64,000 nt of DNA. Origin: Microthyrium microscopicum. Its lineage: Eukaryota. The position numbers and the translations under genes are program-made. The notes beneath the pieces are model-generated. The model made no database searches and was not told the DNA's origin. It saw nothing but the letters and a program-made list of their open reading frames with translations. This document shows positions 1 to 10,352 of the stretch, piece by piece. The DNA lies in contig MU004230.1 in NCBI GenBank assembly GCA_010405405.1, positions 2,638,627 to 2,702,626 on the forward strand, in the 5' to 3' direction. Numbering within the stretch: position 1 is the stretch's first letter; the number at the start of each line of letters is the position of its first letter.

Positions 1-1385
1 ACCTCGCGAATCCGGCTTTCAATGGCCTTGAGTACCAAGCTGTAGGTAATCTGCCGGGAGCTAATCACAGGTTCCACGGAGAGGTCCAGCTTTGGCATGG
101 TCACAAAAGAAAACCAAATTCTGTTGCTTGGTGGAGGTTTCACGCGGAAGTACATGTGTCCTTCCAGGCTCTTCAAGATGACCGCAAGCAAAATCTGCAT
201 CTCTCTGGCTTTGAACCTGGCTCCAAGATCTATGCGAGCAATGGCTGCGACATCAATCCGAACATTGCCCTTGTACTTAACATCAGCCTCCAAAGTCAAA
301 TCACCGTCGCGGGTAAGCTCTTTTAGTTTCGGTCCGGTGATGAACGGCGCGCTGTCCCCGAGGTGGATATTACGGATCTGGATCGCACTAATAAAGGCTG
401 GTTTCGGCACTCGTGAGAGCTTCTTATTGATCTTCTTGCGCACCAGATCCTCAACAAGAGATGTTTTGTACAAGGAAAGGAAAAGTCGGCCCACCAGGGC
501 GTTGATCCAACGGGTTTGTAAATTATCCTCGGATGCATGAAGCTGCCTAATGAGCTTCACCATGTGTTCGCCCTCGAACGTCAGAGGCTGTGGCGCATCT
601 CCAGTGTGTTGGCCTTGGTCTTTCAACATCGCGTAGTAAAAGTCCTCCTTCTGAGAGCAATTACTGGAGAACAAATAAAAGGGTTTTATGTCGGTTGAGA
701 AGCCGTCATCCTCGGGCTTCCGGTTCATTCTAATGCAATTCCTCTTGACCCATAGCTCTCCCTCAGGAATGACCTCGCCGCCTCCATAAACATCAATATC
801 ATACTTCTCTAGAGATATGACATGCCGCACCTCCAATTGCTCTTCGTCATCGTAAAGCATAAGTAGCCCAAGCCTACGAAACAGTCAGTATAGCCTTCTT
901 TGGCGGGAACAGCCTGGTGCTTACCTGATGACAACGAAAAAGACACTGTTCGCCCTTTTCGACCCTTTTGTTTTGTTATCCAAGCTGGGACTCTGCGTTT
1001 TGCCTCTTTCAAAGATACTCCTGTACATGCTCTGGTATACGCTAGGACTCTCGCCTGTAGCTAGCGATGCTTGCGAGCCCTGTCGCTCCAGTGGCTTTCC
1101 ACTAACACCTCCAGGTACATATTCGCGACAGACGGCAAAATATCCAGCGGCAACATCGGGTTCGTGAACGCGCAGTTTGACCTCAGACGGGAGGCCTTTC
1201 AATTCTTCTTGCGCGACGTCTTTCTCCTCGCTGGTGAGTTCGAGGGCATCTTGCGCCGAGGAAGCAGTCAATTGTCCTACAGGTTGCGAGGAATATACGT
1301 GGTAAAGAATGGCGAGTAGGATTAGGGGTATAAAGGTGAGTCCGCCCAGGATATATACCAGCAGATAGGAGACGATGGTCAACAT
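1..1385 (-). CDS. NVJ2: PH + SMP-domain membrane contact-site protein (Nvj2-like), 3' end runs off the window
   Basis: Exon 1 (1385-925) starts with a TM anchor (MLTIVSYLLVYILGGLTFIPLILLAIL). GT-AG intron 924-875. Exon 2 reads RLGLLMLYDDEEQLEVRHVISLEKYDIDVYGGGEVIPEGELWVKRNCI (PH-like), then WINALVGRLFLSLYKT (SMP-like). Confidence 0.8.
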
Positions 1386-2627
1386 TTTGAAAGCACAACG
1401 GCCAGCAGATCAACGTCGCTCTCTGCCATGAGCGTGACAAAGATACATTGGTAGAAAAACGGTAGGGACGGTAGGGGAGGAGGCCAGAGATCAGTTGGAT
1501 TGCGTGAGATGGATCAGCGCAAGGCAATGAAGAGGAAGTCACAGGATTTAGTTGTTGACGGGGTATTTGGAGGGAGGATGAGTCGCAGCGGCGATGATGC
1601 ATGGATGCAGTCAGGAGCAAGTTGACAGGTTGGGACAGGGAGCTGAGCAGCAGTTAGCATCGCGTCTGGCGCTTGTTTGGTCCTAGTTACTTGGTCCTAC
1701 CACAACACCATGCCGCCGCTAGTTCTCCTATCTCCAACTTCACCTCTCTATTTATCGCTCTCATTAAGGCTTCAAGGACTCCAGGCTTTTATTGCACTGC
1801 CCCAATGACAGCATGGATTCAACCACCTGGGATCAATCTCACCCCATGCTTCCGACTTATTTGATCATCATGGCACTCGTAGGCGTGCACGTTAACTCAG
1901 CATCATGAGCAAGAAGTATACCTGCACGCATCAAAATCACATCAAGTCTGGTTCACGTTCCAGAATTATGCGCACCATAGAGTACATTGACTTTGCTAGA
2001 GTAGCGATGGTAGGATCTTTGGAGTTTAACTTCATTTCGTGCAGGTCAAGGTCTTCTTGAAAAGATCTTGAACAGATAAGCTTGAGTTCCTGTTTAGTAG
2101 CACTTTCCTGTATTTGAAAAGACAGACAAGATTGAGGTAAACTCATTTTCATTCACGGACTATCTACCTATCTAACCCGTTCCACCCTTTTGATTCTTTT
2201 TTTGGTTGTTTGTGCTGAAGCTGTTACTTTTTCCTGTCGATGCTGTTTTTGATGATGATTCTGAGACCTTGCCGTTGGTGGTGGTCATTGAACGAATTTT
2301 TTTTGCTGACTTTCTTGTTTTCCACTTGATTCCTGAACCCCCATGCTGACGGATTTTTTTTGGTGGAGGAGACCCACCCGAAGAGATCCACCTTCGATGC
2401 CATGAGAAAAAGCTGTCATGGCTGAAAAGGATTGACAGTATGTACAGTCATCCAAAGTAATGTAGTCGCACTTTCATGCTTCCATGAACAAGTAACAGTG
2501 AAGAAGTAAAGACTCGTGAGCACAGAACCTGAAAGCAGATATCCCGTTGATTGTTGCCGGTAAAGACTGAAGTAAAATTAGACCAGTTAACTTCCCGAGC
2601 AATGCAGCATAACTTACCGGTAGGCGA

Positions 2628-3706
2628 TTAGTTGTTGTCCAAGTGCCAGATTGGATTGGTCCAGTCAACATAGTCGTCAATGTTGACAGCTACACCAGTA
2701 CCTGACTTAGCGACGTCCATCTCGAGACCACAGTCCTGCTCCCAATCCTTTGGGCGAAACTGAGCGCCATGAGGATAGGCATCGCCGGAGAGGGCAAGCT
2801 CAATTCCGTTGCCATGGATCATGGTTGTGTCCTCACGAGGACCCGCAGTTGCAGAATGCTGAGCCCAGCTCAAGAAGTCGTTGTGCTGAAGCATTGTAGC
2901 GCATTGATTGAAGTCTGGGTCGATAGAGGCGCTAGCAGAATTGTTGTTTCCAGAGTCGGCGCCGAAGGTAGTTGGATTGACTGCCATAGTCATTGTAGCA
3001 GAGTTGTGGTTCGGTGTGGCAGTACCGGTACGTGGGGTAAGTGAATTGGCAACATTGGCAGGAGCTAATATCAGTTAGTAAATAATAGCAGATAAACACA
3101 GAAGTACAACTTACCGATAGCGTACTGAGGAGTGCCGAAGCCTTCGGATTCAGCTGCGAAGACAAGTTCCTCAGACGACCAGCTGGTGCTCAAGTCGAAC
3201 ATGACTGCAGGAGGGTTGAAGATTCGAGTCAAGACGCCTTTGTCATCCAGCTCGTAGCCCATTCGCAACATGTAAGTTTCGGGAGTTGGCACTATGATCA
3301 AAGGGCAGACAAACTCCAGGAAGTCATTGAGAGGCGCATTGACTTTGCCGGCTTGATCGCGAATGGTCGAGTAGGCTTTGGCAATCAGTGCCCACTTGGC
3401 CTTGTGCATGTCGTCCTTCCACATGCGATGAAGATATCCAGAGATCATCTTCTGCTGCTGACGGTCGAACATGGTAGAGTAATAGGCACGAAAAGCCATG
3501 AATGAATTGAGAGGACGCATCGCTTTACTGCGCTTCGCGGGTGGAGCACTAGACAACTTTGGAACTGAGTTGACAATCTCTGGTAGTCCTTTGGCCTGGT
3601 CATTCTCCCACATCTGATGAAGCCAATAGCGCAGAGTGTGAATCTGCTCGGGAGATTGAGCCGCCAAAAACTCGCGGATGTCAATGGTCTCCATCTCTGG
3701 ATTCAT
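2628..3706 (-). CDS. MAT1-1-1: Mating-type protein MAT1-1-1, alpha-box transcription factor (~342 aa, 2 exons)
   Basis: Alpha box RPLNSFMAFRAYY...QKMISGYLHRMWKDDMHKAKWALIAKAYSTIRD. ATG at 3706. Intron 3114-3065 (GTAAGT..CTAAC..TAG) joins in frame to ORF 2993-2628. Adjacent to APN2. Confidence 0.95.
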
Positions 3707-3926
3707 TGTGCGTCTTTGCAATGATTGGAATGTAAGACAAAGAAAGGGGCTGGGAACAAAGAGAAGGTTGTTTTGGTCGCTTCGCAAGAATGGGCTAACA
3801 ACTCAAAGGATGAAGCTGAAAGAAAGAAATTGAGAAGAGGTTGAGGATGAAGTTGAGGAAAGGAAGAGGATGAAAAATTTTCATCGTGGTGGGTGGTTGG
3901 ACTCAGAGACGTTTGAGTTTTCACTC

Positions 3927-4058
3927 AGGAAGTTGCGACCTGTAGTGCCCAAAAGAGGAAGTCGCGATTGCCGTTATGGCGGTTCAAGGTAGTCACAGGC
4001 AACTGCTAAGGAAGTTGCGACCGACCCAAGGCAAGCGCCAATTAGAACCCAAGGCAAG
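3927..4058. promoter_or_regulatory. Repeated motifs upstream of MAT1-1-1
   Basis: AGGAAGTTGCGACC at 3927 and 4009, a degenerate AGGAAGTCGCGA at ~3956, and ACCCAAGGCAAG at 4024 and 4047. Function inferred only. Confidence 0.35.
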
Positions 4059-5027
4059 AGCTACGAACTTAATCTGCACGTCAACGAACTGGCGATGACC
4101 ACATTGTGTCATCTGTCAATGATTGCAATATTCAAGTTGGACTGTTGCATTCCGGCAAGCAGCTTGTGATAGAGTCAGCCTTCTCTGACCTGGCAATAGC
4201 TCAACATCAGCAAGTTATTGCTATCGTCTATGCTCTAGGTTGCGATGAGGAGGTGGCTCGATTCCTCTGAAAATTAAGTTCTTCCGCCTTCCGCTGCTGA
4301 CGATGGCATCGACAATGCTCTCAACCGCACGCCCAAAACTTCCGCTGTGCTGCTGGCAGTCAGGATCATTAGTGATCTGTGGGCTTCCGCATGCAACGCA
4401 TTGTTTAAGAGTGGACAGACATCGCTCACCATTTCTCCTCATCGGCTTTACTGGTAAGTCTGCCGCATTTATGATTGACCTGTCAGTCACCGCATTCTCT
4501 TGAGTAGACTATTCTCCTTTTTGGCTCCTCTGCTCTACTCTGGACACTAAAAATTGTTAGATCTGTCTTGGGAAATTTTCTACGGGGCAGATTCCTCATC
4601 TTTAGGTCTGTGTTGAAATTTTGTTAGACGAAAGGCTCTCCTTTGGTCACTGAGGGGTGGGACGAGAGATGTTGTTGTATATTCGAAAATGCAGGAAGCA
4701 GATATTGATGAAGAGATGATCCTCTTTGAGCAACTGAGAGGATGTAAGGGGGCCTGGTTTGTTCATTGGAAACGGTGAAAATACAGGGGAAAGAGCGTTG
4801 ATAAGTTGTTCTTTACAATAGATCAATCAGTTCGGAAGAAAGAAGCAATGTTAGCTGGGTTTTCCAAGTCTCAATACAACACAACTTCGCTGAATGATCT
4901 CCATGGCTTGGCAATTTCTGAGTATATATTCACCATCGCTGGTCATCGCTATCATGTACTGCTTAGGTTAGTCCCTCCAGTACCATGGGAGAACCGCGAA
5001 TTGACGAATGACTGCGTTCCACAAAGT

Positions 5028-6377
5028 TCAGTCCATTGGCTCGACTATGAGCTCTCCTATGGCGTAGCTTTGACTGCCCTTTGGCACTACGTTCTTTCCG
5101 TCCCATTCATATCCAACACCATCCGCCACGTAGTACTGAACTATAAGCACCGTATGTGGCCGCGGGGCCCGGTCAGGACGAGGTTGCCCGTCGAGATAAT
5201 CTGTGACATTTCTTAGAGAGATATTTCATCTAAGTCTGGAGAACCACTTACCAAGATTGGCATTAGCATTTCGCAGTCTCTCATCAATATGGTACTGGGA
5301 GGGGAGCATATCGTCGGTGATGCCATCATTTTGCTAAAGAGAAGTCAATATCAGAAGTAGGAGTAAATTTCTGGACTTACGGTTGTATCTGCATTGACCC
5401 GGTAAGGGATACTTCTACGTGTCAGACCATTTGTCAACTTGACGGTTGAAACAACAAGCCGACCATTGGCGTCGTATAGATCTGCTTCTTCGTACGGGAA
5501 TCGATCTTCTGGGTCCATGCTCTGTGATTGGTGTCAGTGTTTGTCAACGCCAGCGCAGTCAAATAACTACCAGCATAACCTCTCTGTAAGCGGACCTGAA
5601 CTCGTCTCTCCAACTCTGCAGCAGACTGAGTGCTCCCTCGCCTAGCACAATGGTCCCAATCTTTGTCGCGCCCGATGGTACTGCAAAGTCTCTACCAAGT
5701 GGGGAATTGTCCAGTCCCAGTTGAAATTTCCAAGGATATAGAACCGAATCTGGTATGTGCTGAGTCTCCTCGACCTCATCCTCCGTGGTCTCAGGGTCGC
5801 CGATACCAAATGATTCTTTGAACGCAGCCTGGAGGTCGTGATTTGAAGCAATGATCTGCTCCGCTTCCTCCTGAGCCTCCGCGTATCTGATAACCGAATA
5901 GCAGAAGTCGGCCTGCATCGTCTCATTGTGGGCAAATAGTTCAGGATGATTAACAATTCGGAATGCCTCATCTATTAGCCAGTGGCGGATCTCGCTGACG
6001 CGCATACCGGAGATGGTCTCGTGGCTGATTGCGGCAAGAAGAGGATCGCTTTCGTGGAAGATTGTATACTGTAAACATACGTTGAATCCTGCGAGCACGG
6101 CATCGAGGTAGGACATGTTGACGGGGCGAACGGTTTCATTTTGAGATTCCTCTAGACATATCACTAAGTCAAATTATAAGAAATTAGTGCGTGGTCGGGA
6201 TTCCGTACCTTTGGTTTCGCCACGATCTGCTTGAAGCAGCTCTCGAATATTCTTGCAATTTGTCATGAAGTTCAGCACCGCCTGCTTGCGCTGTTCTACG
6301 GTCATTTGGATGACTGATTGAACGGCGTCTCGCATGCCACCGGGCGCTGGCAGGTTGGGCTGGTTATTGCTTGCCAT
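5028..6377 (-). CDS. Second MAT1-1 idiomorph-associated gene of unknown function (~378 aa, 5 exons)
   Basis: Exons 6377-6209, 6151-5580, 5521-5381, 5333-5252 and 5200-5028, with 47-58 nt GT-AG introns, give an open 1137-nt frame. Lies between APN2 and MAT1-1-1 in the same orientation. The last acceptor is the least certain. Confidence 0.75.
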
Positions 6378-6546
6378 TATGGTGAACTAGAATGGATAGA
6401 TGAAAGTTTTTGGTAAGTGCGTAGACGAGTTCGATCGGAAAAGATGATTTAATTGATGCGGCTTCGTTGCCTGCAAGTGAAAAAGCTAGCACGCGAGCTG
6501 GTTGCTCTGGATATGGCCTAGTGAATATTGTGAGGTGGAGTTGATA

Positions 6547-6577
6547 CACGGCAGGCACGGCAGGCACGGCAGGCACG
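6547..6577. repeat. 9-bp tandem repeat (CACGGCAGG)x3.4
   Basis: Read directly; ~170 bp upstream of the idiomorph gene ATG. Confidence 0.9.
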
Positions 6578-7055
6578 ACTGGACTTCAAGGGAGACCGAG
6601 GAATCCAAAGTGGGTGGGGAAAGGCAAAAGTACCAAAAAGCAGACTTGATTGATAGAGATGTTGTGTTCGTGGTCTTTCAAGGTGTTTTAGGTGGCAACG
6701 TCGTTGGCTTCGATGTCAAAGGGCCACTGCAAGAGCATACTTCTAGTAGGTAACCTTGTCATGAGCTTGCTTTAGGTGATTCTCTGCTTTCTAGTTACAC
6801 CTCGCAGCCAACAGCCAGCGATGGTCCTAATGTAAATTCCCTCCTGGATGACCTGGTGTTCCAAGAGATAGACGGGCCGCAAGATCCGAGCCATGAATTC
6901 TCTTGGTCCATCTGAGCTGGCCAGTGGCCATAACGGTACGAACCTACAAAACAGGGAAAACACCATCAATATTAATTCCGACCAGAAGTATCCCGGTTGC
7001 ATGAAATATCCAGAATCCAAGGTTTATGTAGTTATATAGTGAGTTGTGTCCTGCT

Positions 7056-9132
7056 TCAGCCCCCTTTTGCATCGCTTGCCCAGATGAAGGTTCCACATCG
7101 CCATTCAGTTCCAGACTCCTTTATACCTGAAGGACCAACCGGCCTAGACATCAATTAATAAAAGGGATGAAGGACGCTAAACATGGCCAAGAACTTACCT
7201 AGGACATATCCAGAACCAGCGCCCGCGGTTGGGACCTTTCACTTTGGTTTGAAGTGTAATGCATGGTAAGTCGTGGCCTTCACACCGGGGATCATCTCTC
7301 TTGGAGAAAAGTTTGGTCCACTCCGTTCTAGTGGTAAAAGGGTCTATGAAATTGTCTTCTTCCGCAACTGCCGAGTCTCCAGCGACGCTTTTCAAGGGGG
7401 GTTTGAAAGAGAGCTCTGACCTTTGCGACGAGGCTAATATGCTGTGAGCCTCCAACGCAACAGCTGGTGACTTGGCTGATGAGTTAATTGGTGACATGGT
7501 AGGCGTTGACGGCTCATTTTCCTTTGATGGGGATTCAGTCTTTGTTGGTACTACTTTCGGCTCTGGAGGGGGTTGCTTGGACTGAAAAAAGCTCTTGAGC
7601 GTTTTCTGGCTGCTTGACGCAACCTTCGTATCTTTATGGCTTGTCTTTTGTCGCTTGGCTGGCGGAGAGTTCATGGGTTTACTGAGTTTCGCCTTTTGGT
7701 TCGCAGGTGGTCCAGAGCTGGAACCGCCGTCATCTTTCTTGTTGGGTGACAGGCTTGACGACATTCTACGCGCTGCTGCTGATTCGGCGGAGAATGGGGT
7801 CTGCAAGGTAGAGCCGAAGCTTTTGCTTGCATTAGGTCGCATAAACATATCCTTGATACTTCGTCGCTTATCAAATTCTGGGAGCAGCTTGCCAGAAAGC
7901 GGAAGGAGAGGCCTGGGAGCAATGACTTGACCATCGAGTTCAGCTTGTGATGTCTCCATTGGATTCAATATCTCCTTGGCAGTCACACCTATGCCGTCGA
8001 GGGTGACGATTGGCTTTATTGTGGCATAGACTGGACAGTGATCAGATCCCTAGGCTATTAGTTCTCTATAACTCATTGATAGAATGTTTACTCACCATGA
8101 GTCCCTCCTGAATATTGGCCTCTGAGAACCAATCCTTCATACTTTTACTTGCCAAAACATAGTCAATTCTGGAACCATAATTGCCAGGCCTCGCATTGAT
8201 CTTTTGCTCCCAATGAGTATACATCCCCGTCCGATCTGGGAAAAATTCACGGCAAAGATCAACTAGAACCGAATCTTCTCGTCCTTCGTCTCGCTCTCCG
8301 ATCACCTCTCCCCCGTCAATGAGTTGGTTGAATATTCTTCGATTGGGCGCTAGCAAGTATTCATCACGAGTGATGTTCATCTTTCTGAGGTCATCCTTGA
8401 CATTTGCAGAGTCACGATCATCTCTGGAGATGTTGAGATCGCCGGTCAAAACCACTCGCTTCCCGGAAGCCTGTAGATTTCTGATTCGGGCATCAAGCGC
8501 TTTGACAAACCCGAATCGAAAGTCATCTCTCATTCCGTTGCTATTGGCTGGACTGTAAACGCCAAACAAGACAAAAGCTGGAAATTCAAGAACAACACAT
8601 CGGCCCTCAGCATCGAGCTCAGCAGGGTCTACGTCAATATCTATCAGTTGAAGTGGAGTAGGATAGCCACCGATAGCCTGGTCTTCGGGTAGGTCGCAGT
8701 AACGGGTGGAGGAACCAGGAGGAAACAAGACTCCAAGAAGACCTTCTTCAGCTTTGATAGGTGCGCAAGTTGATTGTCGGGTGTATATTCCTACACCAGA
8801 GTATCCTGATGAGTTTTAGTATATGGACCGAGGATATTGATCATAAAGCCACTCGGTAACCGACCTTTCTTGTGCTTAGGCAGGCTAAAGAAGCAATCCC
8901 ACCCATCTAAAAGAACCATATCATCTTTTAAATCTTTGCGTTGGATCTTGAGCTCTTGCATAATGACGATATCTGCGCCCAATATTTCAAACATGGCGGG
9001 AAACGTCCGTGTTGTTCGCCATGGTTGATATCCAAAAGGATTTCGGATGCCGTTCACATTCCACGTTGTAATTCTAAAACCATTCTCCTTAGACGTAATC
9101 GAGGTTTTGGCCTCCGCTGGTACCTCATCCAT
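7056..9132 (-). CDS. APN2: AP endonuclease / DNA lyase Apn2
   Basis: ITTWNVNGIR, MQELK, GDLN, GSRIDY and GSDHCP motifs, plus a C-terminal GRF zinc finger (CEGH..GPNRGRWFWICPR..WRCGTFIWAS). Introns ~8864-8806, 8095-8050, 7198-7144. Confidence 0.95.
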
Positions 9133-9536
9133 GACTGTCGTACGGTTCGTTTCTTTTAAACTGGGTTGTTGACATATCCGCGTTCGTGGATAAATTGGTG
9201 GCAAGAAGGTGATAGAGTCGAATCACGGGCGCGGAAACGGGGCTGGGGCTTTTATGACACAAAGCGTCTAGTTACAATCACCAAATGGCGCCAAACACGC
9301 TGCAGGTATTTATCCTTCCGGATTAACAGTGTCTGATGCCTTGAGTTCATGACTGAGGTAGTGAGCGCGGCTAAATAGACGCGAATTGTTGCCATCACGC
9401 TAGAACAAACCTAGCAATTCCAACCGAGCTTAACGCTCCGAGGGACTTCACATCATATCAACCGTAGCACTTCCCACGAGGCTTTCCACTCTCAATCCAG
9501 CTCTAAATCTCCCCTCTACCCTTCTCAATCGTCACA

Positions 9537-10146
9537 ATGCTTGCCCAACGAGTCGGCCTCCGTGGTCTCCAGCGATTTGCCTCCCGAAGCGCCCAATTGC
9601 GCGCCAGCACTCGCCAATACTCTGCTCCATCGGAAGGCAGCTTAAACCAAAGCGGCTTCAAACTCCAGGACAATGCGTTCAACCGTGAACGTGCCGCCAA
9701 CAAGGCTCACGCTGGAGGTAGTGCTGGTATGTTGGAACCATAGACTTGGACAGGCGAGGCTGTGAGCTAACAAGATACCAGAGTTTTGGCGGAAACTGTC
9801 GATATAGTATGTCCCCACAAGTGGCTATGAAATAGACTCAATTGAGTCTGCGAGGGTGGATTAAGGTCTAACCATATTTACAACTCTAGTGTTGCTATCC
9901 CATGCCTTTTGATTGCCTCGGCAAACGCCTACACCCTCTGGAACGAGCATTGGGAGCATGAGGCACATATGCCACCACCAGAAGAACGCCCTCAGTATGC
10001 CTATCTCAACCTCCGATCGAAGCCATATCCATGGGGCGATGGCAACAAGGTACGACCCCGCACATATTCCAGGAGCTTTGTTTGCTAACGCCGCTATTAA
10101 GACTCTCTTCTGGAATGACAAGGTCAACTATGTCAAGGAAGACTAA
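9537..10146 (+). CDS. COX13: Cytochrome c oxidase subunit VIa
   Basis: Mitochondrial presequence, [58 protein letters not shown]; 3 introns. Canonical MAT-linked position. Confidence 0.93.
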
Positions 10147-10352
10147 GGGCTGTCGAAATGCCTGGTTAAGGCAAGTTTGCTTATACTTCCGTCCAAGATC
10201 TGGATCGGTCGATACGTTGTATTTGATAAGAGCATAGATCCACTCAGTGGAAATTCATTTGTCACCTGTAATGCATTCGTACATGTCGTGATTTCTTGGT
10301 TATACATCACTACGTGGCTGGCATGGAGCAGTGTAGGCTAGTCTGTAGCCAT

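Noticed and set aside
1386..2627. Possible MAT1-2-1 remnant between NVJ2 and MAT1-1-1
   Set aside because: No HMG-box motif (e.g. PRP.N..I.YR, YKY.PR) was visible; the region is T-rich intergenic/UTR sequence.
3707..3787. Longer N-terminus of MAT1-1-1 given by the ORF track
   Set aside because: It starts at a TTG in pyrimidine-rich 5' UTR-like sequence; the first ATG is at 3706.
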